From the NCBI GenBank assembly GCA_000004985.1, contig GG738868.1: DNA of 64,000 nucleotides; one strand, 5' to 3'. Below the pieces are notes generated by a model. It saw nothing but the letters and a program-made list of their open reading frames with translations. It was not told where the DNA came from and made no database searches. The stretch comes from Naegleria gruberi. Lineage: Eukaryota. Numbering within the stretch: position 1 is the first letter of the stretch; every line of letters starts with the position of its first letter. A program made the translations under genes and the position numbers. This document shows, in pieces, positions 34,474-46,786 of this stretch.

Positions 34474-34915
34474 TATGATATATAGTAAGATGTGATGATA
34501 TTAATATATTTGAATTTAATGATCAAATTCAAAAAATCAAACTCTCTCGGTTGATGATTAACAAGAAATAAATAAATGATGACGCTGATGTGATGAAATA
34601 GTATCTTCTTGTATCCGATTTTATATTATATTGAAGATTCCTTCGGATAAAAAAATATCAATTCTTTGTGATGAAAACGATTTTATGTTTTTGATCGTTT
34701 TTTTTTCTAAGTCCGAAATTTAATTTAACGGAAATGTACTTTTCCCGCCAATTAAGGGTTTGACTTGGGATTTGCTTTATTCATAAAGGTAGGAGGTGTT
34801 TAAGGAGAGTGAATATGAATGAGGAAGTTAAGGAGTAATCAACTAATTACTGGAGGAGTTTAGTTTGTAGAAAAGTTATAAACCATATTTTTGTAATGTC
34901 TATTTTATAATTAAT

Positions 34916-37760
34916 TTACAATAATTGAGTGAAAAGTAAAATGCAGAATACAAATAAGGCAATATCGTAATTCCACATCAATGCACCACTCACTTGAGCA
35001 TTTCTTCCATTGGAAGTAGATGGCATTGGATTTGATGATTCCAAAGTAATTGCATTCACAAATTCCAAAGGTCTTTCAGGAGTATTTACAAGAGTTCCCT
35101 TTTGATCGAGAACTTTGATTTTTGTAATGAATGAACCAATTTGAGGATTATTCTTGGCTTGGAAGGTGAATTTGATAGTTTGTCCTGATTTCATAAATTC
35201 AACAACTGGAATGGTGATTGAAACAGTTCCTTGTTTTGGAGAATTTGACACGATGGCAGTGGAATTCAAAGCTGTTCCTTCTACCATTGTAATTTTCAAA
35301 GTTCCATTGTTGAGGAGTGGAATGGAAGATCCACTGAATGTGAAAACAAACTTTTCTCCATAGAAATGTCTCACTGGTGTCCAAGTTGTAATCTTAACTT
35401 GGTAGGTTGTATCCTTACCAAACATGGTATCCAAAAGATCCAATGAAGCACAAGGTGAATCTTCATATGGAGCAACACCACATCCAACAATCATATCATT
35501 TGGCATCCAAGCTGTCAAATTTGAAATACTGGCCTTGGCAGCGTCACTCACTGGAAAACTCCAAGCATCACAAAATGGTCCCAAATTTCTCCCGACCACT
35601 TTACTAAATCTCGTCATCCATTGATCTCTTTTCTGATCGTCATTCTGTGGTTGTGGTCCATTCTTTTGATAATCAACAAAGGTCTTCCTGATGGCAACCC
35701 AACCAAATGCTTGAATCAAATCCAAGTAGAAGAGCAATCCAGCACTTGTCCAATCACCCTTAAATGGTTGTGTGTTACCCTTGTAGGTTGTTTCGAGTCC
35801 TCTTGGTGGATTGAAACCTTTACCATAGGTGTTGGCACTGTCTGGATAGTGTTCCTCAAGGTAGAGACTGAAGATGTTGCATGTTACTTCACCAGATTGA
35901 TCGTATGTCCAGGCACCTTCTTGGAAATTGTGTCCCAATTCGTGGTAATGACCCCAACGTCCTGGAGTATTCTTTAATTGACCCAAGTTGGCAGGGTTGA
36001 CTGGAAGAATAGTTCCAACGTTCTGATCTAGAAAAGTCATAAAAGGATAGCCCTGAATGCATATAGCCAGCAGATATTTGAATATCAGCTTGCATTCTTT
36101 CCTTATAATCTCTTGTTTGTCTTTGAGATAGTTCATAATACATGGCCACAACATTTCCCCAATATTTGGCCACAGTCGAAACTTCTGACAACTGTCTGGC
36201 TGTTGGAGTGGCTTGTACATTGAAAGCAAAATGTTCTGATTCAATCTCAACCCATGGTCCTGGATAATTTCTAATGGTGCTGTTCCATTCTTGATCGGTG
36301 TGAATTCCATCCTTGAAAAATGGAGTTTTAACAACTTGTCCAATAACTGTCACATCAACAGAGAGTGGAATTGAAGAGACTTCAATATAAATAGTACCGC
36401 CATTCAAGCAAGTAATGGTTCCAGTAGAGTTGGTTGTGGCACTAATTGAAAAAGTTTTGGAAATGGATGGCCATCTACTCCAGGAATCAAGATGTGCAAT
36501 TCCATCAGTGTGTCCACCAATTCTGACATTGGACACACCCTTTGGATTGGACAAGATAACTTCCAAAGTAGCTCCAGGCAAAGCATAGAAACCAGTACAT
36601 TGCCATCTCTTTCTATTTGTGGATACATTCATTTTCAATGTTTCAGTTGGAGCATTTCTATAGGTCAATCCATTATTTGGTAAACCTGGAAATTGTTCTC
36701 CAGCCAAAACTTCTGGATTATTGTCAATTGGTAAAACTTTAGCTTCATTCAAGACGTCAATCATGAAAATGCAAAGTTTAGGCATGTTGGAAGAAACAGG
36801 AAACTTGATTTCAACTCCTGTACATACAGATTCGTATACAGATTTTGCCTTTCCAATAGTTTCAATAGAATTTGGACTAATTGGTTGTTGGAGAGTTGCA
36901 TAAACATTTGATAACATATTTCCAACAGCTTGAACATCAGAACTTTGAATTAATGAAGCATTCACAGCAAATTGATTCTCAATCTGAACCAATTTGAAAT
37001 ACGGATTCATATCCGAAATTGGAATATTCAATGAGGAAACAAAGGCACCACTTGCAAAATAGTAAGTATAGAAAGAGACACCAAGTTTTGCAAAGAGTAC
37101 ATTGCCAGGGAATTGATTTCCTTGCAAGGAGTGTGCCCATGCTGTGGAAACAACTATAATTCCTCCACCTCTGGCCAAGAACGCATCCATCATTTGTTGC
37201 ATTTGAGGAGTAACTTGACCAACACTGTTAAGATTCATAATGACCAAGTCAACTGTTTCCAATGGAAGAATAGTTGTATCGAATGCACTAGTTGTCTTAT
37301 TTTGGACGAAACCTGGAATTTGATTATAGAAAGAAGCACCATTGACACCATGAAGTAAATATTTGGTTTGTTGTTTGTTGCCAGAGGCCCATTTTGCACA
37401 ATTAACAAGTAAACTACCCAAACTAGAGGTTGTAGATGAGGTTGTGGCATAACCATTGTGGCCAAATGCACAAATCTTTCCACTACTTGGATTGGAATTG
37501 TAGGTTGCAGCCATGGCCACAGGTGTGGTTCCAGCAACAATTAGTGGAACAGCGTTGGAGCCATGGGCAAAGAAGTAACCAGCAGCAGAGGATGGGATAT
37601 CAGTAACATTTACAAGAAGAGTACGTCTTACAGTGTCCAAGTCAGTTAAGGACATGCATGTGGCAGAGTTGACTGACAAGAGAATACAAATCAAACATGC
37701 AATAAAAGCAAAAGCACATAGAGTAGTGCTGTTGCTGTTATTAGAATTGTTTAATTTCAT
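34916..37760 (-). CDS. Secreted M60-like (enhancin/TCAF-type) zinc metallopeptidase. The reading frame changes near 36050 and the two ORFs 35889..37760 and 34916..36343 overlap.
   Basis: ATG at 37760 followed by a signal peptide. The HExxH+E zincin motif is 'WGHYHELGHNFQEGAW...E'. The upstream region has an M60-like N-domain composition. Confidence 0.7.
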
Positions 37761-38286
37761 TTTTTTTGAGTATGACTATCTTCTCTTTCGAATCATCAAG
37801 ATTATAAACGATTTATTCTAAACCCCTTCGTATTATTTAGCAAGGGGTATCTGATTGACATTTTGACTTTTCGTTTGTTTGACATGTATTGAAAAACAAG
37901 ATACACTTTCAGGACAACCAAATCTGTCGAGCTAGGAAGTCCTCAGCCATTCTCAACCAATCCCAACCTCAAATGGCAACCATGCAAAATTTGCCAAACA
38001 TTCACAAGGTTTACTAATGGGAGCTTTTTTGAGAGTTATTATTGAAAAATGTTACATTTTGATGTTGTTGCTTGCCATGATGATGATAATTTGCATACGA
38101 TGTGGGATTGAATAGGTCAATTATTGGGAAAGGACATTACAATTTAAGTGTTGGAAAGGAATTTTCATTTGGTGGTTGATGATGGAGTAATTCGCAAGAT
38201 TTACATTTGGTATAAAGTGAGTTTGTGTTCAATAATAAACTTTACAAATCGAAATTTACAGTTTTAAATTCAAATTTGCATACAAA

Positions 38287-39666
38287 TTATTCATGAACAA
38301 TTTCACAGTCGACCATTAATGAGAAATGATCAGAGGAATGTTTTTCACTTGGTAAACAAGTTTCGTCTATATCTTTAGGAAGTGGAATTGACAATAATCG
38401 TTTCAATTCAATCTTGGAATGTTGCTGAGTATTCCACACAAATATATAATCCAGAGTTGACTTGAAATCAGGTGTATACATCGTGTAGAGTACTTCATTA
38501 TGATCCCAATCAAAGTGAACTCTCATTTCTTCATGATCTTGTGGATTTAATTTACCATACCATGAATACATGGAACGAAAGGATGGATAATTCTTTACGA
38601 AATGAGAAATCAACTCCTTAATACTTTTCATTCGTTTCTTCTTTTCCATTTCCAATTGTTCGAATATTTGTTCTTCTGGAGTATTGGAATCTTTCAAATC
38701 TTGAATGAATTTCTCTTCACAAAATGTTACATGATTAAAGTACCGTTCCAAATCTTCCAATGTAATGTCCTCGATATCAATTCCATCGATGGAAAGTTGA
38801 TTGGTGAGGTCAATTTTCTTATCCTTCGTTAGAGTTCTCCCTGGTAGATGTAACAATTTGTAAATGATTGAATTGGGAGTTGTGTTAAAATCACCAACAC
38901 TCAATACAGGATAATTCGAATATCTATGGTTAACAGATAAGGTATGAGCTATTAGGAGCATTAATTGTCTCAAGCGTACATAATTACACTCAGGTCTCCA
39001 AAATAAGTGAGAATTCGTAATCAATAGTCCATCTTCACTTTCTTTACTTTTCAAAACAAATATTTGAGCAATGTTTCCACTGTGCTTAATTTCCTCCTTT
39101 TCCAAAACAGATTCATCAGTAGAAATATTCAAATGTTGACTATTCGAAAGTAATTCCTGTTCCATCAAGATGACTTCACTTTCCACTAGTTCAAACTTTT
39201 CACTTTTAAAAGCAAATGCCAATCCATAAGGCATTTCTCTGAAATTCTTTGATGGATTATATTGAGCATGATAGAATGATGAATAGCCAAGCTCTTTCAA
39301 TTTATCCTTCCAAAATTCCTCATACTTGTCAACCTCTTGTAAACAAATGATATCCGAATTGTAAAACTCAATTTCATTGAGGAGATTTTCTCTACGAACT
39401 GTCCATAATGCTGCCTTATGATTACAATATGAAAATCCCTCTCTTCTATTGAATAAACTCTGTGCGAGAATATTGTATGTTAGCAGAGTAAAGGAAAACT
39501 TGTGCATTTGATTATTTTGATGTGTGGCTGTTGCTTCCGATTGGTGATTTGCCATGGCTGGAACCTTTTCCTGTTCGTGATGATGTTGTTGCTGCTGCTT
39601 GTGTGATGATGCTTTGATCCATCGACGAGGATAGCCAGAAAAACAGTTCTTCAGGTTTCTATTCAT
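38287..39666 (-). CDS. CCR4/nocturnin/PDE12-like endonuclease-exonuclease-phosphatase (EEP) family protein.
   Basis: ATG at 39666. EEP catalytic motifs include 'FTLLTYNILAQSL', 'DIICLQEV' and the C-terminal 'SDHFSLMVDCEI'. Confidence 0.75.
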   Translation of the reverse strand: MNRNLKNCFSGYPRRWIKASSHKQQQQHHHEQEKVPAMANHQSEATATHQNNQMHKFSFTLLTYNILAQSLFNRREGFSYCNHKAALWTVRRENLLNEIEFYNSDIICLQEVDKYEEFWKDKLKELGYSSFYHAQYNPSKNFREMPYGLAFAFKSEKFELVESEVILMEQELLSNSQHLNISTDESVLEKEEIKHSGNIAQIFVLKSKESEDGLLITNSHLFWRPECNYVRLRQLMLLIAHTLSVNHRYSNYPVLSVGDFNTTPNSIIYKLLHLPGRTLTKDKKIDLTNQLSIDGIDIEDITLEDLERYFNHVTFCEEKFIQDLKDSNTPEEQIFEQLEMEKKKRMKSIKELISHFVKNYPSFRSMYSWYGKLNPQDHEEMRVHFDWDHNEVLYTMYTPDFKSTLDYIFVWNTQQHSKIELKRLLSIPLPKDIDETCLPSEKHSSDHFSLMVDCEIVHE

Positions 39667-39811
39667 TTTTTTAAATGGTGCTTTTTGGCTATTTAAAGAA
39701 ATTAGCTAAATGTGGACATTAAATAATTACTTTTATCACTGTTTCTCGTATTTTCTCCTCAATTCTGTAAATTCATTCCCAAATATAAATATATTTGAGA
39801 GGTTTTAAAGT

Positions 39812-42800
39812 TTAATCCAAATCATATTCCTGATCAGATGGAGAGGAAGGTCGTGAACCTGAGGTTCCAGATGGTGTAACTTCTGATGACTTTTCTGGTG
39901 GGCTATCAACATCAGTTTCAACACGATATTTGGATGTAGTCGTTGTGGTTGTTGAATGGTCTGCAACTGTTTCAGTAAATTCATCCTCTTCTAACAAGTC
40001 AGTATCATTATTCAACATTGGTTGAATTTGAATGTCTCTGGCATATTCCATTTCAACATTGTGAATTTCAGAAGAAATTGCTTTGGCCAATCTTTCAGCA
40101 TCATCTGGGAATGGAATATGATAGGATTCTCTGTTTTGAGAGAGCAATTGTTGCTTCAGACTCTTAATTTCAGCATTGGTACTCTTGAGCAATTGTGTCT
40201 TTTGTTGGACAAGTTCCAAAAATTCTGGTGATGAATTCTCTTGTTTCTCAAGTGCCTTGAGTTCCTTTCTGATATTATAATTTCGGAAAATAACATGTCC
40301 TTGCAGGTATTGCCAATAGCTGATAATTTCCTCAATTTCTTGTTGGGAGCAATAGTGTTGAATTCTAACATTGTTGCCATTGATATACGTTGGGAAATAA
40401 TTCAAAATCTTATCCATAACAAAATCGTTTGTGGAGAGAGTACTATTCCAAACAAGAGGAAGATACTCAATCGAGTATTTGATCCAATTCATAGCTTCCT
40501 TGAAATTCTTTGAAATTGTCTTTAAACCTCTTGAATAAATTTGTTGTAAACAGACAGCAGTGTATGTGAGAATATCCTTCTCTCTACTTAATTTCTTATC
40601 TCCATGTAATTCTGTGAGCTCCTTATCATAAATAATACCCATCAAGAATGAGCTAATAGATCTATCAAATGTCTTTCTGTACAAATAATGCAATCCATAA
40701 TGATACCAAGTTGCAACAAAGCAGAATAATGAGTACAACTCATTCAAAGAAGATACCACCTTGGTATTTGGTATGTCATCCACAGTCAAGTTCACAAGTG
40801 CCATGTATTCGTTGAATTTGTTTTGATCGGATTTTTCAGAGCTTGCACACAAATCCAAGAGCTTTCTCTGGAAGAGTGAGTAGAATACTTGATCGGCAAT
40901 GGTATACTTCATTGGAACAATTTGATCTATGGCACAGAGGAACACTGGATAGTTGGCAATTCTTGCATCATACTGCAAGGACATGGAGTAAGTGTAAGTG
41001 CTATTGACCTGACCTTGACAGAGTTGGAAGCACTTATTGCAGAGCTCATTATATTGGTGTTGGAATTGCTTCTTCTCCCTTTCTCTCTTTTCCTTTTGTT
41101 GTTCAATATAAATATTAAGCTCCTCAATAAACTTTTTGTTTTGGAAATTCAATTCGTCCTGAACCTCTTTTGGAATGATAGCTCTCCATCTCTCAATGGA
41201 TATTTCCATGAGAACATCTCTGTAAGTTTTAGGATAATCGGCGATAATTTGCTCAAGCGAATCAACTTCGAGTCCAGAGTGCTCTGTTGGAATTTTTTCT
41301 TCAACGGTGGCAGGTTTAGCTTCTTGATCATTATGTTCTTCATTATGATGGTGGTGATGTCCACTGCAACAGCCATGATGGTGGTGATGATGGTGATGAT
41401 GATCATCATGACAGCTGTCTGCCTTCTTCAATTTCTTCAAGGATTCCTTGAGCTCCTTGATATTCTGCTCGATAGAATCTTGGAGATGCTTATCCTTTGA
41501 AATAAAGTCTTTCTCTTCCAAATTAACTCTACTATTATCCACATATAAGAGGCAGTAAGCACTAGAGTTGATATCCTTGTCAATACCACTTGAAGTTCTC
41601 ATGACTTCCTCTTCAGTAACCTCAGTCACCTTCATATCATTGAATTTCCACCAACAATTTTGACCTGTATCAAAATAGTAAATGTAATAATGTCCGCTCG
41701 AAGCCAAGCTTCCTTCATGAACTAGAATACCACACAGATCGTATGGTTTCTCCTTCATATCATCGAACATGGTAGCAACATTTTCTTTGAGAGTATCGAT
41801 TTCATTCTTTAACTTTTCAACCTTTTTAGAAACTTGTTGTCTTATATTCTCAAATACCTTGACAGCACTTTCAATAGATTGAACAGAGGTACCTCCTGAT
41901 AGCTCGTGTTGATATTGAGCTACATATTCGAGAGCGCCTGCAAATAAATATTCAATGGAAATTCCCTTATTATCATTATAATTTAAATAGCCATCTAATT
42001 GTTTTTCCAAATCTGCAATCTTTTGTTTGATTTGTTTGATATTTTCTCGTTTAGTTGTAGTTTCTTTGGTTGTGTAAAGGAATTGTGAAATGATAATAAA
42101 ACTTACTAACTTTGTTCGTCTCCAGATATCTATCCAAATAAATCACCTCTTGGAATTCAAATGGTAGATTAATCTTGTGAGCAACCTTTTTGGTAGTATC
42201 AAAAGAGGTTCTTTGGAGTTGAACTAATAATACAGGTGGTGGTGTTTTAAACCAGGTAGTTTTTACAGCTTTTGTCTTGTAAGATGTGCTGACAGCATAA
42301 TCTGCAACCTCAGTGATAGAATAATCATCGAGAGAAGAATAAAAATCTTTCAGCTGTTCACTCACATTCAAAATTAAATTACAAAGTTCAGAGTATTTAC
42401 TGATACAGACTTTTGTTGACTCTGTATCCAAATACTCCAACTCTTCTGTACAGATACCATAGAAAATTTGTTTGATTGGGTTTTCAAGACTGATATTGTT
42501 GGTCTTGTTCTCGATTTTTTCTTCCCATTCCTCTGAGAACATTCTCTCAAGTAGGATCAAAACCTTACTATAGAATTCTATTAAAGTAAATGTTTTTTGA
42601 GTATGATTAGTAATATTGACAACGTACCACTAATATCTTCTTGATGTCCAAGATTGACATCAATTCCCTCCTTTGAAAGAGCCTCTACAAGAGGAGATGG
42701 ATCAATAAATGTCTTGTTAGTCATGATCATACTTGCAAACAATTTTTGAGATTCCTTAATGAATGTCACTATATTATTATTAGTCCAATAAAATCTCTAA

Positions 42801-43860
42801 TTGATATATACTTACAATCCTTATCTGCTTGCTTTTGTAAATTCTCATTAGAGTAAACTTGTTGATGTTGAGTAATCCTCTTATCTGTTGTTGCACTACT
42901 TGTAGTGGTTAATGATTTTTCAATCTTTGCTTGAACTCTACTCATAAAACTCTCCTCAGAAAATGAGAATAACAATTGTTTCAACTTGGGAATCATAAAA
43001 AGTGCTTGAAATAACGAATTGACATAACAAGTATTTCCAATATTTTTCAATCCAATAGGAACATGTAGTTGTTTTCTATATTTCTCAATAGGAGATTTTG
43101 GTTCAGAATCTCGTTTTTGATCTTGTAATGATGCTTCAATGGCTCTATTGAGTGCATCATCTTCAAAGCTAGTATTATTTGATGATGAGAATTGTCTATT
43201 ATTTTTGTTATTATTATTCGTTGAAAAGTAATCATCATCGGTATTGTGTCTATTATTATTAACAGTTGTCGGAGAGAGTTGATCAAAGGATGTATCAAAG
43301 TAGAAATCATCATTTCTATGACTATTGCTAATTACAGTGTCATCCTCAAGGTTTGGCATATCAGGATCATCAATATGCTTTTCTTCTTCTTGTTCATGAT
43401 GATGATGTTGATTGTGATGATGTTTAAATTCATTATTAGAAGTGTACATGACTGGAGAGACTTCTCCACTTGTTGTAGCAGTTGTGGAATCATCAGAATC
43501 ATAATTATATCTATTTACTACATCATCTGCTGCAGAGTGATGATGGTGATGATGATTAGATCCTCCATACACAACTGTATCATCAATTGTAGGTTCATCT
43601 TCATGATGATGGTGATGATGAACAACAGCTACTTGATTATTAGACTGCTGATCATTCTCCATCGATAATACACTCGGATCATCCGAAGCTGCCAATAACA
43701 AATCGAAGGCTCTCTCAACATTATTATTGCATTTCCTCAAGGCCTGTATTGCCTGATCTCTCCCAAAACCAGCATCTACAATCTGACTGATGGAATCCTC
43801 ATTGATCGGTGACGACGACGGATACATCATTGAATTTCCGTAGCTGCTACTGAGAGGCAT
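39812..43860 (-). CDS. Ubiquitin carboxyl-terminal hydrolase (USP) with an N-terminal UBA-like domain, poly-His tracts and a long coiled-coil insertion in the catalytic domain. Four exons: ~42816..43860, ~42628..42768, ~42107..42578 and 39812..~42060.
   Basis: ATG at 43860. The UBA-like region is 'SQIVDAGFGRDQAIQALRKCNNNVERAFDLL'. The Cys box is 'GLKNIGNTCYVNSLFQALF' and the His box is 'GHYYIYYFDTGQNCWWKFND'. GT-AG introns 'gtaagtat..atatag', 'gtacgt..taatag' and 'gtaagttt..ccaaag' join the four ORFs in frame. Confidence 0.8.
41344..41410 (-). repeat. Coding poly-His microsatellite ((CAT/CAC)n) inside the USP gene.
   Basis: On the plus strand the tract is 'atgatggtggtgatg...'; the minus strand reads 'HHHHHHHHHGCCSGHHHHH'. 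Confidence 0.8.
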
Positions 43861-44009
43861 TTTATTTATGGATTACTGGTTCCTCACAGAAAGTGCATTG
43901 TGGTAATTGTGAAGAAAGAACACAATCAAGTTCTTTACCAAATGTAACAATATGATAATTGGTAACAAGTTGTATTTTCTCTTGTGAAAGAAGGATAGTA
44001 TTTGAATCA

Positions 44010-46410
44010 TTATTTAATGAACCCTTTTAATTGTTTGTAGGTCTTTGATACTCCTCTTATGGAAATAGAGGATTGTGATAATTTCAATGAAAATTTACCA
44101 ACCAAGTGACCAGTCATGACAATTTTATCTGGATTACGTCCATCAGTTTGCACAAATGGAACAAGATAACATTTGCCTGCTCTAAGAACTAATTCATCAG
44201 TGTAAGTGGAATTGTTACACTTAATAACCTTAGATTCAGATCCAGTTGCCACCACCACATCATTCTGAACAACAATGAAAGAGAAGAAGGTTGGTTTGGC
44301 TTGCCCTATATCCTTTCTGAAACGTTTTCCAAGTTGATGAAGACCAAAGTAGGCATCATGTTGATTCTCTCCAATGTCTACACAAATTACAGGATATGAA
44401 GAAGAATCCTGAACAGGAAAGCTTTGCATTGGTACTGAAATATCTGATCTGAAATAAGATGGTTCATATCTACAAAGTGAAATAGTATCAAACCAACTCA
44501 AAAAATCATTAAAAGACATAAAGAAACGTCCATCATCAGCATCACTATAACCAGCCTCTCTCTTCATCTCAACAGTCCAACTATGGAAATTGGTTAATTG
44601 AATCTTGAAAAAAGTTAACTTACTTTGGATCTCGGTCACTCCAAGCTCCTGTCCATTCTCCTTTACCCCAAGGATTTCTTATGTACACTAATTTGAGGTT
44701 TCTCACTTCCTTACATGCAAGGAAAGCATACGCATGGTTTGCAACAAGACCCATCTTGTTACATCCATTATCATCATCTATTGTACTGCAACAGATAAAG
44801 TTATTCTTCTTTACAGCATCAATCAATTGCTTCCACAATTGATCCTTATTCTTTTGATTCTTTACAAAAATATTATGAGATGGATAACCTGTTAACAATT
44901 CAAAAGCCTCAATTGGGTTACCTCCTTCAATATTCAAGTAATACCCACATACTTTAGAGTAGGCTTTTTCAAGTGCAATAACCCACAACTCTGGAGACTT
45001 GTTATATGCAAATAGAGGCGTTCTAGTTCCATTTCTAACTGGGAAGTAATCATCAATGATGACCTTTCTGAACTCACCCCCTATACAAAGATTCAACTCA
45101 TAAATACCCACTGGATTCATTATTTTGGTAGAGAACAATCTTTCAATGAGGATTGGTTCTCTGGCTATGCACGAGAGAGCTGACAAGAAGTAGCAATCTC
45201 CAAGCGATCCCTGTTTAATATCATCAGGCTCAATACCATCGTGGAAAAGAGCAAACTTGGGACCAAGCATTTCTGGAGCTCTCATAAATGTGCACTCTGG
45301 ATAACTCTTTTGATTAGGACCCAATATCGATTTTGCATTTGGAGGAAAGTCAGCATCATTAAATGGTACTCCAGCATTAATTGCATTTATAACTTGCTTA
45401 CTGATAACTCTGAGTGTAGCAAAACTTTCCAAAGCTTTTCTGATGTTGTCATTCTTTTGACTATTGTCCAAAATTTCACCATATCTACACTCTGAAATGA
45501 AAGCAGAAAATTCCTTGTCTTCTCTCAATGAATTGATTCTTTGGTCCATAGCATGAGCTTCATTGTACATAATTTCGGCAATCTTCTTCTGAATGCCTGA
45601 ATATCTCTTTACCAACAATCTCATAGCCGTGAATCTTTTTCTATCTATATATTCCAAGTGTGATAAAATATTTCCTAGATACATGTCAAATGTTTCCTTT
45701 TCCGTATAATATTCCTTAATTGCTTGATTGTTTTCCTGTTCAATCTTAACAAGCTGCCTTTCACAATCTTTAATAGTATTTTCTAGCTGTCTTGTCTCAT
45801 CTTCTGTAAGTGATGGATTGCTCTGCAATTCAGTCGTTGAATCTTGAAGAAGAATTTTATGTTTGAAAGCCTTATTTTTCACTCCATCCAATTTCTTTAT
45901 ACATTTTTTCAATCTAGCATGACATAGAGCTTCTTCTTTCTTGGCGGTCTTAATATGTTTTAGCAAGTCTTTCTTCAATTGAGTCAAATCAACATTAACC
46001 ATATGAAAATCATTATCTGTTTTTTTATATTCTTCACCTAGGTTCCCAAGACTAGCAGCTAATTTGTCAAAAACACCATAATCTTCACTGTTATGATGAT
46101 TGAACAATCATGCATTTCAATTATAAAAATAACAGATTAAAGAATTAGCATTAACTACTTACTCTATTCGACTTTGTACCTTTATGAGAGATATTTGATG
46201 GTATTCATTGGCCATGTTCTTGTACATCTTTTTTGTTTTCTCTACAATCTTATGAAAATGCCCGATTTCTACCAAGTATTTATTCAATTGCTGAATAACC
46301 TCAGGAAATTTATCTTTCAAAGCGAGGGAGTAGGGCGTATTAGAGCCACTATCGAAATCAACATTCGGTTCAACAGCATACAACTGCGGTTTTGCCATGA
46401 CTGCACCCAT
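44010..46410 (-). CDS. Calpain-family cysteine protease. It has an N-terminal myristoylation-type start, a ~250-aa coiled-coil (BAR-like) region, the calpain catalytic core and a C-terminal domain-III-like region. Three exons: ~46145..46410, ~44643..~46074 and 44010..~44599.
   Basis: ATG at 46410 ('MGAVMAK'). The catalytic Cys is in 'QGSLGDCYFLSA', the His in 'NHAYAFL' and the Asn in 'IRNPWGKGEWTGAWSD'. Splices: the first junction 'SRID|EDYGVFDK' (intron 'gtaagtag...cataacag'), the second junction 'WSDRDPN|WTVEMKREAGY'. The internal start at 46107 in the track is TTG. Confidence 0.8.
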
Positions 46411-46502
46411 TTTTTTTAATTGGGGAAAACAAAAACGGGAGCAACCAGACTGTTCATTAAGGAAGGGTTTCTAATTCGGCCACAAATCGCCTTTGATTTT
46501 TT

Positions 46503-46753
46503 ACCGTATGTCGAGGATCATTATAAGGGGTTATATAAAGAGAACTTTTTTCTAAAGGCATTCAACGGATTTAATTTTATGCAAGCGTTTTTTAAGTATA
46601 ATTCATACTGTTTGATTTCAATACTATGATACTGACCTAATAGCGAAATATCTTGATTGTCAAATATCATGTCAGATTGATAACGTTCGTACCCGCGTAC
46701 AATGATTATTACAATGGTAAAAACCGTCGAGGATCATATTAATAAGGTGTTTA
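46503..46753. repeat. Two copies of an imperfect ~30-bp direct repeat, 'CCGT(ATG)TCGAGGATCAT(T)ATAA..AAGG(G/T)GTT', at ~46503..46533 and ~46722..46753. They lie in the spacer between the calpain 5' end and the SNAP 3' end.
   Basis: I aligned the two copies by eye. They form a GC-richer island in AT-rich intergenic DNA. Confidence 0.4.
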
Positions 46754-46786
46754 AAATACTATAAATTTATTTAGTTTGTACAAAAA

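Noticed and set aside
37761-38286. The long 526-bp spacer between the M60-like gene and the EEP-family gene was searched for tRNA or other small RNA genes.
   Set aside because: I found no tRNA-like T-arm such as GGTTCGAATCC or anticodon-stem pattern by eye. It cannot be excluded without covariance-model tools.
40889-41500. A 203-aa plus-strand ORF, 'MIGNGILHW...', antisense to the USP gene.
   Set aside because: It is low-complexity hydrophobic translation of the reverse strand of the His/Glu-rich USP coding region.
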